Source: Dehalococcoidia bacterium (GTDB taxonomy: Bacteria; Chloroflexota; Dehalococcoidia; Dehalococcoidales; Fen-1064). From it: a stretch of DNA of 54,378 nt. The stretch is from positions 1-54,378 of the forward strand of contig JAUYDN010000102.1 in the NCBI GenBank assembly GCA_030691775.1, written 5' to 3'. A model generated the notes under the pieces. That model was given only the letters and a program-made list of their open reading frames with translations, was not told the origin of the DNA and searched no databases. The position numbers and the translations under genes were made by a program. Below are positions 24,168 to 33,634 of the stretch, piece by piece (the stretch's first letter is position 1; each line of letters starts with the position of its first letter).

Positions 24168-26009
24168 ATGAAGAGCAAGCCAACGCTGTTAGCCATAAGT
24201 CTGGTGATGGTGACGGCTCTGATCCTGAGTTCATGTTCCAAGCCATCAGCGACTTCTACGCCGCCGGCCACAACCACGACGGCAACTGCCTCTAAGACAA
24301 CGACGCCAACAACCGGCGCCACGACGACCGCACCAATCACCGGCACCACTTCGCCAGCTATTACCGGCATGATAACGCCTCCAACGAATAGAGCGTCTGA
24401 AAAGCCGCAATATGGTGGCACACTCCGCCTTGCGTCTTTGGTTACGCCGCTGGATTTTGACCATGCTTACACGAGAGCCGCCACTTCGTACACGATGGAT
24501 CTCACTCACGACCAGCTACTCTTGAGCGATTGGGCTACGGGTCCAAGCGGCACGAACGAGCCGGAAAACAACATGTCCGCACTGCAGTTTCCCAGCGACA
24601 AATACTTGCGGGGGCAGCTACTAGAAAGCTGGGAGTTAACCGACCCGACGCATTGGATCTTCCGTGTCCGGAAAGGCGTCTACTTCCACAACAAGTCACC
24701 AGTCAATGGCAGAGAGCTGACCGCCCAGGACATTATGTTCACCATTAACAGGTATCTACAACAACCGGCCAGCGCCTATGTCAACATGCCGTTCCAGAAG
24801 AACTTGACCATGACAACCCCTGACAAGTACACGCTCAATTTAACGTGGGCAGGGTTCAATGCAATGCAGTTCATTCAGGTGACATGGTACCCCTACATCA
24901 TCGCCCCGGAATCCGTAGCCTCCAATCCGGAAGCGTTGAGGGACTGGCGCAACGAAGCTGGCACGGGTCCCTACACTCTGACAGACTACGTTAAGGGCTC
25001 TAACATGTACTTTACGAAGTTCGCCAACTACTGGGCTATGGACCCTCTCCATCCAGACAACAAGTTGCCGTACCTGGATAATATCAACTTAACGATCGTA
25101 CCTGACAGGGCTACCCTGGTCGCTCTAGTCCGGACGAGAAAAATTGACCAATCATCCGCGCTGGTCTATTCCGAAGTAGTGAGCCTGAAGCAGACAAACC
25201 CTGATCTGCGCGTGGCGGAAAGCAGGAGTCTTACCGTCTCGCTCAGACCCAGGGCTGACATCCCGCCTTTCAATGACATAAGGGTTCGCAAGGCAGCTTC
25301 CATGGCCTTTGATCGTGCACGATTCCTGCCGGACTTCTTCCAGGGAAGTGGTGGTTTCCAAGGCTGGAGCATCACCATTCCTTCATGGCCTGAAACCACC
25401 CCGTTCGATCAGTTGCCGTCCTCCACGCAGGAGATCTACACTTACAACCCAGTAAAAGCGAAACAGCTTTTGGCCGAGGCTGGATACCCCAATGGTTTTG
25501 ACACCGCCATTCTGTGCACGCAGAACGGCTCGGCTGGTCTGGCAACCAGCGCCGATTTCGTGACTTACCTGAAGACCTTCTGGGATGCGGTCGGAATCAG
25601 GACAGCGGTGACAGTCATGGATCCTGCTGCGGAATCGGCCCTGCGATTCAATCATCAGTTCAACGGCGTGTACATCTACGTACACGGGGTACCGAACATG
25701 ATGATTATTCTGGACAACTTCATTTCGGTCAACGCTAATGCCAACGCTGGAGCCGTCAACGACCCCAAGTTCGACTCAGCTCTTCTGGAAGCGGAACAGA
25801 CCTTCGATCCGGTCCAGCGGAGCCAGAAATTCAAGGACTTGTTCAACTACGTAGAATCGATGGTGTGGACGATACCCGTCCCGTCTCCTTACGCTTATGT
25901 GGTCTGGCAGCCCTGGCTGAAGGGTTACGATGGCGAAGCGCAAATGCTACTCTCCGCGAGCCTTAAATTTTTCGAATACACCTGGATCGACCAGAGTCTG
26001 AAGAAGTAG
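24168..26009 (+). CDS. ABC transporter substrate-binding lipoprotein, family 5 (peptide/nickel/opine type), 613 aa
   Basis: The signal peptide with lipobox LILSSC is followed by a Thr/Pro-rich linker of about 50 aa, then an SBP_bac_5-like body (KPQYGGTLRLA..). Confidence 0.9.
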   Translation: MKSKPTLLAISLVMVTALILSSCSKPSATSTPPATTTTATASKTTTPTTGATTTAPITGTTSPAITGMITPPTNRASEKPQYGGTLRLASLVTPLDFDHAYTRAATSYTMDLTHDQLLLSDWATGPSGTNEPENNMSALQFPSDKYLRGQLLESWELTDPTHWIFRVRKGVYFHNKSPVNGRELTAQDIMFTINRYLQQPASAYVNMPFQKNLTMTTPDKYTLNLTWAGFNAMQFIQVTWYPYIIAPESVASNPEALRDWRNEAGTGPYTLTDYVKGSNMYFTKFANYWAMDPLHPDNKLPYLDNINLTIVPDRATLVALVRTRKIDQSSALVYSEVVSLKQTNPDLRVAESRSLTVSLRPRADIPPFNDIRVRKAASMAFDRARFLPDFFQGSGGFQGWSITIPSWPETTPFDQLPSSTQEIYTYNPVKAKQLLAEAGYPNGFDTAILCTQNGSAGLATSADFVTYLKTFWDAVGIRTAVTVMDPAAESALRFNHQFNGVYIYVHGVPNMMIILDNFISVNANANAGAVNDPKFDSALLEAEQTFDPVQRSQKFKDLFNYVESMVWTIPVPSPYAYVVWQPWLKGYDGEAQMLLSASLKFFEYTWIDQSLKK

Positions 26010-26024
26010 CCGTTCAGCATAAGA

Positions 26025-26062
26025 GCGCCGAGGGACGACGGGAACCTGCCCTCCCTCGGCGC
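26025..26062 (+). terminator. GC-rich hairpin downstream of the SBP gene (terminator or attenuator candidate)
   Basis: GCGCCGAGGGA (26025-26035) pairs with TCCCTCGGCGC (26052-26062) across a 16-nt loop. No U-tract follows. Confidence 0.4.
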
Positions 26063-26094
26063 CCACCTTCCGACTACGCAACACGGAGGAAACC

Positions 26095-26424
26095 GTGGCA
26101 GAACAAGCATTAGGCAACCTGAAGGTTATTAACCTGAGTCACCTCTTTGCTGGGCCATACAGCACACACCTGCCAGCGGGCTTTGGTGTCAGCGTGGTCA
26201 AAGTGGAAAAGCCGCCAGATGGCGACTTGGCGAGAAGGATCGACCCTTTCCAGGATGACGTGCCGGGTGCAGAGCGGAGCCTGCTCTTTCTGTGTCTCAA
26301 CAGCAGTAAGAAGAGCGTCACCCTCAACCTCAAAACCACTGCCGGCCGCAAGATTATGAGGGAACTTCTGAAATTCGCGGCCATGCTTGTAGAGAGCTTC
26401 AAGCTTGGCTTTGTGCAATGTTGA
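26095..26424 (+). pseudogene. Truncated family III (CaiB/BaiF) CoA-transferase: N-terminal about 105 aa only
   Basis: It has a GTG start with GGAGGA upstream. By my manual count, about 72 of the first 105 residues are identical to the intact paralog at 28084. Similarity ends after VESFKLG and a stop follows 4 codons later. Confidence 0.7.
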
Positions 26425-26449
26425 TTTGAATATTATGTTGGAGCGAATT

Positions 26450-28018
26450 ATGGTATGGGAACCGGAAATTGAGGAACTCAAGTATCGTAAGAGACTAGCG
26501 GAGCAGTTAGGCGGTCCGGAAGGAATCGATAGACAGCATAGATCAGGCAAACTCACTGTTCGTGAGCGTATCGCTAAACTCGCAGACGCAAACTCATTTC
26601 AGGAAATCGGTGAGTTAGCAGGTACCGCTCAGTATAAGGATAATGAACTTCAAGACTTCAAGCCATCTCCATACGTGATGGGCTTATGCACTATCAACGG
26701 TCGTTCTGTAGTAGTCGGAGGTGGTGACTTTACAGTACGCGGTGGCGCGGGCGGGATTCATGATCCCGCAGTACAAAAGGGATGGTATTCTCAAAACTTG
26801 GCGCTCGAGTGGCGGTTACCATATGTTCGCTTACTGGATGCGGCTGGCGGTAGTGTCAAGAGCTTTGAGGAGATAGGCCGTACATACGTGCCGGACAACG
26901 CGGGAGCGGCTGTGGGCTATACCCTGCTAAACTATGTGCCTGTGGTTTCGGCTGTGGTGGGTTCCGTGGCTGGTATGCCCGCGGTGGAAGCCTGCATGGC
27001 GCACTTCACCCTAATGGTAAAAGGTACCAGCCAGGTCTTCCCTGGTGGACCTCCAGTTGTTAAGGCAGCGCTGGGGTATGATATCAATAAAGAAGATCTG
27101 GGCGGAGCGAAGGTGTCAGAACAAAGCGGGGTGATCGATCGCCTAGCTAAAGACGAAGACGAAGCATTCGATCTCATCAAACGGTTTCTCAGGTATTTGC
27201 CGGACAACGTCTGGGAGTTGCCACCGCGTGGGGAAGTTATAGATCCGCCAACCCAGCGAGCAGAAGGTCTACTTTCGATAGTCCCGCGCGAAACCAACAA
27301 ACCCTACAATCCCCGTGCTTTACTTGAAATGGTCTTCGACCATGATTCGTTGTTTGAGATCGCACCATCTTATGGTCGTTCACGCATCACGGCTCTGGCA
27401 CGCGCTAACGGTTACACCGTGGGCGTCATGATCAACAACCCTAACTTTCAAGGCGGCTCTATGGACATGGCATCCGGAGAAAAAGTGATCCGTTTCCTGC
27501 AACTATGCGATCTTTTCCACATACCCTTGGTCGGTTTTGTTGACGAACCCGGTTTCATGGTCGGTCTTGAAGCACAGAAGCAGGGGGTAGTACGAGCCGG
27601 GGCACAGGTTGTGTGTGCCACCGCCTCGACAAAGGTCCCCTGGATTACCTTCATCGTCCGCCAGGTCTATGGAGTTGCCGGGATGGTCTCTGCTGGACTT
27701 TCTCGTCCACCTGGAAATATGGTCAAACGTTACGCCTGGCCTTCGGCCAATTGGGGTTCAATGCACATCGAAGGTGGCGCCATGGCCGCATATCGTCGAG
27801 AGATTGAAGCTGCCGAAGACCCTACTTCCAAACGGCTGGAAATAGAGAACAGACTAAAAGCGTTGGCTTCGCCATTTCGAACAGCTGAGGCATTCAATAT
27901 CGAAGACATCATTGATCCCAGGGACACGCGCCCTCTCTTGTGCGATTTCGTGGAAAAAGCCCAACGCTTGTTGCAGGCTCAGCTCGGTCCCCGGACAGGT
28001 CCAGGATATATGCCATAA
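26450..28018 (+). CDS. Carboxyltransferase-domain protein (acyl-CoA carboxylase beta / methylmalonyl-CoA decarboxylase alpha family), 522 aa
   Basis: The start is chosen by alignment with the paralog (MVWEPEIEELKYRKRLAEQLGGPEGIDRQHRSGKLTVRERI). It has two crotonase-like carboxyltransferase halves. Confidence 0.85.
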   Translation: MVWEPEIEELKYRKRLAEQLGGPEGIDRQHRSGKLTVRERIAKLADANSFQEIGELAGTAQYKDNELQDFKPSPYVMGLCTINGRSVVVGGGDFTVRGGAGGIHDPAVQKGWYSQNLALEWRLPYVRLLDAAGGSVKSFEEIGRTYVPDNAGAAVGYTLLNYVPVVSAVVGSVAGMPAVEACMAHFTLMVKGTSQVFPGGPPVVKAALGYDINKEDLGGAKVSEQSGVIDRLAKDEDEAFDLIKRFLRYLPDNVWELPPRGEVIDPPTQRAEGLLSIVPRETNKPYNPRALLEMVFDHDSLFEIAPSYGRSRITALARANGYTVGVMINNPNFQGGSMDMASGEKVIRFLQLCDLFHIPLVGFVDEPGFMVGLEAQKQGVVRAGAQVVCATASTKVPWITFIVRQVYGVAGMVSAGLSRPPGNMVKRYAWPSANWGSMHIEGGAMAAYRREIEAAEDPTSKRLEIENRLKALASPFRTAEAFNIEDIIDPRDTRPLLCDFVEKAQRLLQAQLGPRTGPGYMP

Positions 28019-28083
28019 TTGCGCATCCACTTGGTGTGACAAAGGATACCATCAACGAATGCACTACGATAAGAAGGACAAAG

Positions 28084-29274
28084 ATGGCCGATAAAGCTTT
28101 AGCAAACCTCAAGGTGTTAGATCTCAGCCATTACGTCGCCGGACCATATTGTACGAGGATACTCGCTGGATTTGGTGCGAATGTGATTAAAGTGGAGAAA
28201 CCGCCCGGCGGTGACCCTGCCAGGAGAATCGGCCCATTCCTGGGTGACGAGCCGGGTCCGGAAAGGAGTGTCCTTTTCCTGTACCTCAACAGTACCAAGA
28301 AGAGCATCACTCTCAATCTGAAATCGCCCGCCGGCCTGAAAATAATGCGTGACCTGCTCAAGGACGCCGATGTGCTGGTGGAGAGTTTCAAACCAGGCAC
28401 CATGAGCCGGCTTGGCCTTAGCTACGAAGCCGTGCGCACGCTCAATCCAAGACTCGTGATGACCTCAGTCTCCAATTTCGGACAAACGGGACCATACCGG
28501 GACTACAAGACGAGTCACCTTGTCACCTGGGGCATGGGGATCGGCCTATACACGCCTGATGGCTATGGGGCAAGGCCGCTCCAGATGGGCGGCTGGGTGA
28601 CCCATTACGTTGCAGGCTTGTTTGCTGCGGCGGCGACTGCAGCGGCTGTATTTCAGCGTAATAAAACCGACAATGGACAGCACGTGGACACATCGATGCA
28701 GGAGAGCATCATGATGATGACCACGTTCCCTTCCGTGGTCTATTCCTACACCGGTCTCGTTCACCACGACATCGGCGGAAAAGGGCTTGGGGTCATGACC
28801 ACAAAGGACGGTGGTTACATTGGACCGAATGCTTGGACCCGGCCTCAAATCGAACGTATGTTTGCCCTTCTCGGCGTACCTGAAATGGCACAGGATCCCA
28901 GATTCCAGGAGTCCACATGGGTCGCTAACCGTGAGGAGGCGAAAGAAATACTCAAAAACAGGATAAAGGAGTGGAATTCAAGGGAGCTTTTTGAGAAAGC
29001 GGTCGAATGGAATGTCCCGATAGCAATGCTACCGACCACGAAAGATATCCTCGAGTCACCACAGCACCAAGCCAGGGGATTCTTTGAAGAGGTTGAACAC
29101 CCTGTAATCGGTAAAGCTACGATGCCTGGCGCTCCGTTCAAGATGATGCTTACGCCATGGAAGACGGAAAGCCCCGCACCGTTGTTGGGTCAGCACAACA
29201 CTGAAGTGATCTGCAATGGCTTGGGGTACACACGCGACGACCTGGAGCGATTGAGGGAGCAAGGCGTGATATGA
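28084..29274 (+). CDS. Family III CoA-transferase (CaiB/BaiF), 396 aa
   Basis: The ATG at 28084 gives MADKALANLKVLDLSHYVAGPYCTRILAGFGANVIKVEKPPGGD, the typical N-terminus. The ORF-track extension to 27940 overlaps the previous gene. Confidence 0.85.
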   Translation: MADKALANLKVLDLSHYVAGPYCTRILAGFGANVIKVEKPPGGDPARRIGPFLGDEPGPERSVLFLYLNSTKKSITLNLKSPAGLKIMRDLLKDADVLVESFKPGTMSRLGLSYEAVRTLNPRLVMTSVSNFGQTGPYRDYKTSHLVTWGMGIGLYTPDGYGARPLQMGGWVTHYVAGLFAAAATAAAVFQRNKTDNGQHVDTSMQESIMMMTTFPSVVYSYTGLVHHDIGGKGLGVMTTKDGGYIGPNAWTRPQIERMFALLGVPEMAQDPRFQESTWVANREEAKEILKNRIKEWNSRELFEKAVEWNVPIAMLPTTKDILESPQHQARGFFEEVEHPVIGKATMPGAPFKMMLTPWKTESPAPLLGQHNTEVICNGLGYTRDDLERLREQGVI

Positions 29275-30542
29275 GGACAGACGAAGGAGAGGCACCGATG
29301 GTAGTACTACCGATGGAAGGTCTGAGAGTAATTGACGCGACTACAAGCTGGGCAGGGGCATACCTGACCAATATGATGGGAACCTTCGGGGCGCAAGTAA
29401 TAAAGATCGAAGCCATCCAGCGTCTCGACTTGTGGCGCGCCGCGGGAACTTTTCTTCTCAGTCCCCGAGAAAAGCTGTGGGAATGGTCTCCCGCGTGGAA
29501 TGCTGTCAACACTAATAAGCTCGAATTGACTATAAATCTCACGAATCCAAAGGGGGTGGATATATTTAAGAAACTTGCGAAGATAAGTGACGTCATCGCC
29601 GAGAATTTCACCCCCAGAGTGATGGATAATTTTGGGTTAGGTTACAACACATTACAGCAGGATAACACTGGTCTAGTCATGATCTCCCTTCCGGCACATG
29701 GAGGCACAGGACCATGGAAAGACTTACCGGGATTCGCGCACCCGATAGAGATGATGTCCGGTCTGGCACAACTTATGGGTTACCCTGACGGGCCACCCAG
29801 GATCTGTGGAACGGGCATTACTGATCCCATCGCAGGCACGAATGGGTTTATCGCCGTTTTGTTTGCCTTGTTATATAGACAGACGATGGGGATGGGGCAA
29901 CACATTGACCTCTCGCAAGTAGAAGCAGCCACCTGCCTGATTGGCGATGCCATCGCTGATTACTCTGTAAACAAACGGGTCCAACAAAGGCAGGCAAATG
30001 ATCACCGGTTTATGGCTCCGCACGGCTACTACCGCTGCAAAGGTGATGAGATGTGGGTAGGCATAGCTGTCGCGACAGATAGTGAATGGGATGGTTTCTG
30101 CAGAGCCATCGGTAGTCCCTCGTGGACCAGTGACGAGCGGTTCTCCACCAGCCTTGCCCGCTGGAATCACCGACGTGAGTTGGATGTGCTAGTTGAGGGG
30201 TGGACCGTTGGCCATGATCACTATCATGTGATGAATATGATGCAGAAGGTCGGGGTGGCAGCTGGCCCTTACCTGACGAGTGCCGAACTCCTGACTGATC
30301 CGCACGTCAATGCACGAGGAGTATTTCAGCGAGTGGATCGTGCGTTGGTGGGCACCCACCCGTATCCAGTGCCAACGACTCCAATGAGACTCTCAAATGC
30401 TCCGGCAAGCATAATGCGTCCAGCACCGCTCCTTGGAGAGCACAACAACTATGTTCTGGGAGAGTTACTAGGACTATCATCTACCGAGATCAAACTGCTG
30501 GAAGATGAGCGTGTTATCGGTACGGTTCCCATTGGTGCCTGA
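29271..30542 (+). CDS. Family III CoA-transferase (CaiB/BaiF), second and more divergent paralog, 423 aa
   Basis: It overlaps the previous gene by ATGA. The protein reads GLRVIDATTSWAGAYLTNMMGTFGAQVIKIE. Confidence 0.85.
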   Translation: MRTDEGEAPMVVLPMEGLRVIDATTSWAGAYLTNMMGTFGAQVIKIEAIQRLDLWRAAGTFLLSPREKLWEWSPAWNAVNTNKLELTINLTNPKGVDIFKKLAKISDVIAENFTPRVMDNFGLGYNTLQQDNTGLVMISLPAHGGTGPWKDLPGFAHPIEMMSGLAQLMGYPDGPPRICGTGITDPIAGTNGFIAVLFALLYRQTMGMGQHIDLSQVEAATCLIGDAIADYSVNKRVQQRQANDHRFMAPHGYYRCKGDEMWVGIAVATDSEWDGFCRAIGSPSWTSDERFSTSLARWNHRRELDVLVEGWTVGHDHYHVMNMMQKVGVAAGPYLTSAELLTDPHVNARGVFQRVDRALVGTHPYPVPTTPMRLSNAPASIMRPAPLLGEHNNYVLGELLGLSSTEIKLLEDERVIGTVPIGA

Positions 30543-30579
30543 CGCCCTAATTCACAGTGATACTCGAAAAGGAGTGGAT

Positions 30580-32136
30580 ATGGTTTGGCAGTCGGAGATC
30601 GATGAACTGAAACATAGAGAACATCTGGCAGAGCAGATGGGCGGACCGGAGGGAGTCACTCGTCAGCATGAGAGAGGAAAGCTGACCATACGGGAAAGAA
30701 TTGCCGCTCTGGTTGATCCCGGATCATTCAGACAATATGGGAAGCTGGCAGGTAGCGCCACCTACGAGAATGGGAAGTTGAAGTCGTTCATCCCGTCTAA
30801 TCATGTGGCAGGACTCTGCCGGTTGGATGGACGGGAGGTTTTCATCGATGGTGGCGATTTCACAGTTAGAGGGGGGGCGTCCGAATCGGACACAGCGGGC
30901 ATCGACGTTGGGCATGGTAATCCTAAGCCAGTCGACTGGCGGTTGCCCATTGTCCACCTTTTAGATGCGACAGGTGGAAGTGTTGTCACATTTGAAAAAC
31001 TGGGCCGTACCTACATTCCAGATGGTGATTTCTGGCTTCCAGCTGCACGTGCCCTGAACATGGTTCCCGTGGTTGCTGCCTCACTTGGCTCGGCAGCTGG
31101 TGGAGCGGCTGTCATGGCTTGTATTGCGCATTTTAGCGTGATGGTTAAGGGCATCAGTCAGATATTCCCCGGAGGCCCGCCGGTAGTGAAAGCAGCTCTT
31201 GGTTACGGCATTACAAAGGAGGACCTTGGAGACTATCGGATTCATACAAGGATAAGCGGCGTGTGCGACAATGTTGCTAACACCGAGGAAGACGCGTTTA
31301 AAATCATCAAATGCTTTCTGAGCTATCTCCCATCTAATGTTTGGGAAATGCCCCCACACGTTGACATTGGTGATGACCCCAATCGCAAAGACGAAAAGTT
31401 ACTCTCCGTTATACCCAGATCTAGCCGCCGTGGGTATGATCCTTATTCCATCCTCCGAGGCGTCTTGGACCGGGATTCAATCTTTGAAATTGCTCCAGAC
31501 TATGGTAAATCGCGTATCACGGTGCTTGCACGCGTCGGTGGCTATCCGGTAGGTGCCATGATCAACAATCCCGGACACTTGGGAGGGTCTATGGATGTGG
31601 CGGCAGGAGACAAGGTAATAAGATTGTTGTTACTGTGCAATACCTTCCACCTGCCCATTGTATGCTTCACTGACGAACCTGGATTTCTCGTCGGTATCGA
31701 TTCTGAGAAGAGTGGCATTGAGCGCGCGGGGGCTAGACTAGTCTGTACCACCTGCGAAACAACCGTTCCGTGGATCACTTTCATCATTCGCCAAGCTTAC
31801 GGAGTTGCAGGTAGTCTCCAATATCGTCCGGGTAATGGTATTTATAGACGATATTCATGGCCGTCTGGGAACTGGGGTTCGATCCATATCGAAGGTGGAG
31901 CTTCGGCAGCTTTCCGTCGCGTTATTGAATCCTCGGCTGATCCGGAGGCGAAACGCTTGGAAATTGAAACCCGGTTGAAGGAGCTGGCATCTCCCTTCAA
32001 AACGGCTGAGGCTATCGGTCTTGATATCATAGATCCAAGGGAAACCAGACCACTATTGTTCGAATTCATCGAGCTATCACAGAGGATCACGCGGACACAA
32101 TTGGGACCAGGGTCCGGACCTACTTATCGTCCGTAA
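30580..32136 (+). CDS. Carboxyltransferase-domain protein, paralog of 26450-28018, 518 aa
   Basis: AAGGAG lies 6 nt upstream of ATG 30580. MVWQSEIDELKHREHLAEQMGGPEGVTRQHERGKLTIRERI is collinear with the first copy throughout. Confidence 0.85.
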   Translation: MVWQSEIDELKHREHLAEQMGGPEGVTRQHERGKLTIRERIAALVDPGSFRQYGKLAGSATYENGKLKSFIPSNHVAGLCRLDGREVFIDGGDFTVRGGASESDTAGIDVGHGNPKPVDWRLPIVHLLDATGGSVVTFEKLGRTYIPDGDFWLPAARALNMVPVVAASLGSAAGGAAVMACIAHFSVMVKGISQIFPGGPPVVKAALGYGITKEDLGDYRIHTRISGVCDNVANTEEDAFKIIKCFLSYLPSNVWEMPPHVDIGDDPNRKDEKLLSVIPRSSRRGYDPYSILRGVLDRDSIFEIAPDYGKSRITVLARVGGYPVGAMINNPGHLGGSMDVAAGDKVIRLLLLCNTFHLPIVCFTDEPGFLVGIDSEKSGIERAGARLVCTTCETTVPWITFIIRQAYGVAGSLQYRPGNGIYRRYSWPSGNWGSIHIEGGASAAFRRVIESSADPEAKRLEIETRLKELASPFKTAEAIGLDIIDPRETRPLLFEFIELSQRITRTQLGPGSGPTYRP

Positions 32137-32165
32137 ATCCGAAGGCGTGAAGATGAGGGGAGAAT

Positions 32166-32636
32166 ATGGCGAGAAGAAACAGTATGGCAAGAGGCTGGAG
32201 ACTTCACCATGTGGGTGTCGTGGTGAGTGACCTGGATCGAGCTATTAGCTATTATAAATCCCTCGGAATAGTGGATAGAATTTCAACGCTAATGACATCC
32301 GAAGGCAAAAAGGCCAAGCTAATCGGAAGGATGGTTGGCATAGGCAACTTGAATCTCGAATTCTGGCAACCCATAAGAGGAGATACAGTCCAACAGGAGT
32401 TTCTGGACAGCAACGGTGAGGGCATAAACCATCTAGCCTTCTCGGTGGACAATTATGATGAAGCGTATAACTTATGGTTTGCCGAAAAAGGAATCCGATT
32501 CATATTTGGTTCAAGACCACCACCTACGCCCCAACCTGGCGGTGGAGGCTACTTCGACCTCCGCAAGGGGCACAATACTATATTTGAGCTAATACACCTA
32601 CCCCCTGGCCATGACGTGGTAGAATGGGAGCTATAA
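32166..32636 (+). CDS. VOC (glyoxalase/bleomycin-resistance/methylmalonyl-CoA epimerase-like) family protein, 156 aa
   Basis: It has WRLHHVGVVVSDLDRAISYYKSLGI and INHLAFSV, metal-binding beta-alpha-beta-beta-beta module signatures. Confidence 0.7.
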   Translation: MARRNSMARGWRLHHVGVVVSDLDRAISYYKSLGIVDRISTLMTSEGKKAKLIGRMVGIGNLNLEFWQPIRGDTVQQEFLDSNGEGINHLAFSVDNYDEAYNLWFAEKGIRFIFGSRPPPTPQPGGGGYFDLRKGHNTIFELIHLPPGHDVVEWEL

Positions 32637-32810
32637 GTTGCAACGAGTGTGAAACGGTCCGCAGCAACTCCATAGGACGCGGAGACTTATCATATGGAAG
32701 CGGATTACACTTTTCATCGGAATGTGACTGCGGACAGGGGTTAATTCCTACCCGCATTTACTCGTGGTGGTTGTTTGCTCTTTGTTCAAGTGAATATAGC
32801 AGGTTCTAAC

Positions 32811-33026
32811 TTATTGGCTGGCGGAATTGCCACTACTTGCTTTAGCCCTCTTTTCAAGGTTATCAAGGAACTGCGTCACAGCAAGCTCTACGGCCCTCTC
32901 AATTGCGCGGTAAGCGGTCTCCTTAGTGTTTCGGAAAAGAAAGGCCGGGTCCGGAACAATTCTATAGAGTCTTTCGTGCAGGTTATCCGATATTTCTACT
33001 TCTAACGTCTTCTTTCCCATGATCAT
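32811..33026 (-). CDS. Small hypothetical protein, possibly RHH-like, 71 aa
   Basis: AGGAG lies upstream. The N-terminal KKTLEVEISDNLHERL resembles an RHH beta-strand plus helix. There is no partner gene. Confidence 0.35.
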   Translation of the reverse strand: MIMGKKTLEVEISDNLHERLYRIVPDPAFLFRNTKETAYRAIERAVELAVTQFLDNLEKRAKASSGNSASQ

Positions 33027-33133
33027 CTCCTAAATCATTTCATTAATAGAGGTTTAACAGTTAGATTTAAGGACTTCCCGCAGAAAGTTACTGCGGAAAC
33101 GATAGCCTTGGTGAATTCAGGCTTAATAAGGTA

Positions 33134-33538
33134 ATGATTATTGGCAATGTTGGCAAAGAGCCAGAAATGCGTTTCATACAGAGTGGTAAACCAGTGACTA
33201 CATTTAGTGTGGCGACGAACCGTGTGTATTCCAGTGCCGATGGTGAACGTAAGGAAGAAACGGAATGGTTCAACGTTGTTGTTTGGAACAAACTAGCCGA
33301 ACTCTGTAATCAATTTTTAGGTAAAGGGCGACTGGTCTACGTCGAAGGTAGACTGCGAACTCGTTCATGGGATGGACAGGACGGACAAAAACACTACCGC
33401 ACAGAGCTAATTGCGGAACAGGTAACTTTCCTTGATAAAAGTGGACAGCCTTTAGATAGGGACGCACAACCGACGGCAGAGAATGGACAGCCGGGGGAGA
33501 AGTCTGACGCTATTGAACCAGACGACATACCGTTCTAA
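33134..33538 (+). CDS. ssb: Single-stranded DNA-binding protein, 134 aa
   Basis: It has an OB fold (IIGNVGKEPEMRF..G..V..FSVATN..EWFNVVVWNKLAE..YVEGRL..R.W), a Gly/Gln/Pro-rich linker and the canonical acidic tip EPDDIPF. Confidence 0.9.
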   Translation: MIIGNVGKEPEMRFIQSGKPVTTFSVATNRVYSSADGERKEETEWFNVVVWNKLAELCNQFLGKGRLVYVEGRLRTRSWDGQDGQKHYRTELIAEQVTFLDKSGQPLDRDAQPTAENGQPGEKSDAIEPDDIPF

Positions 33539-33634
33539 AAAAGTGGCTATGGGAGAGACCCAATTCATGGACTTTAGATAATCCACTGGCCTCAGATTAG
33601 AAGATATAATGTTAAGAAAGCAGGTAATGAGTAA

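Noticed and set aside
23990-24509. 143-aa and 87-aa minus-strand ORFs opposite the 5' end of the SBP gene
   Set aside because: They are antisense shadows of the Thr/Pro-rich linker coding region (ACN/CCN repeats give open GGN/NGT frames). The sense gene is clearly the SBP.
27940-28083. Upstream extensions of the ORF-track models for the CoA-transferase (27940), the second carboxyltransferase (30505), the first carboxyltransferase (26405), the zinc protein (20030) and the NrpR-like gene (52226, TTG)
   Set aside because: Paralog alignment and RBS positions support the internal starts at 28084, 30580, 26450, 19943 and 52208. The extensions overlap upstream genes or non-coding repeats.
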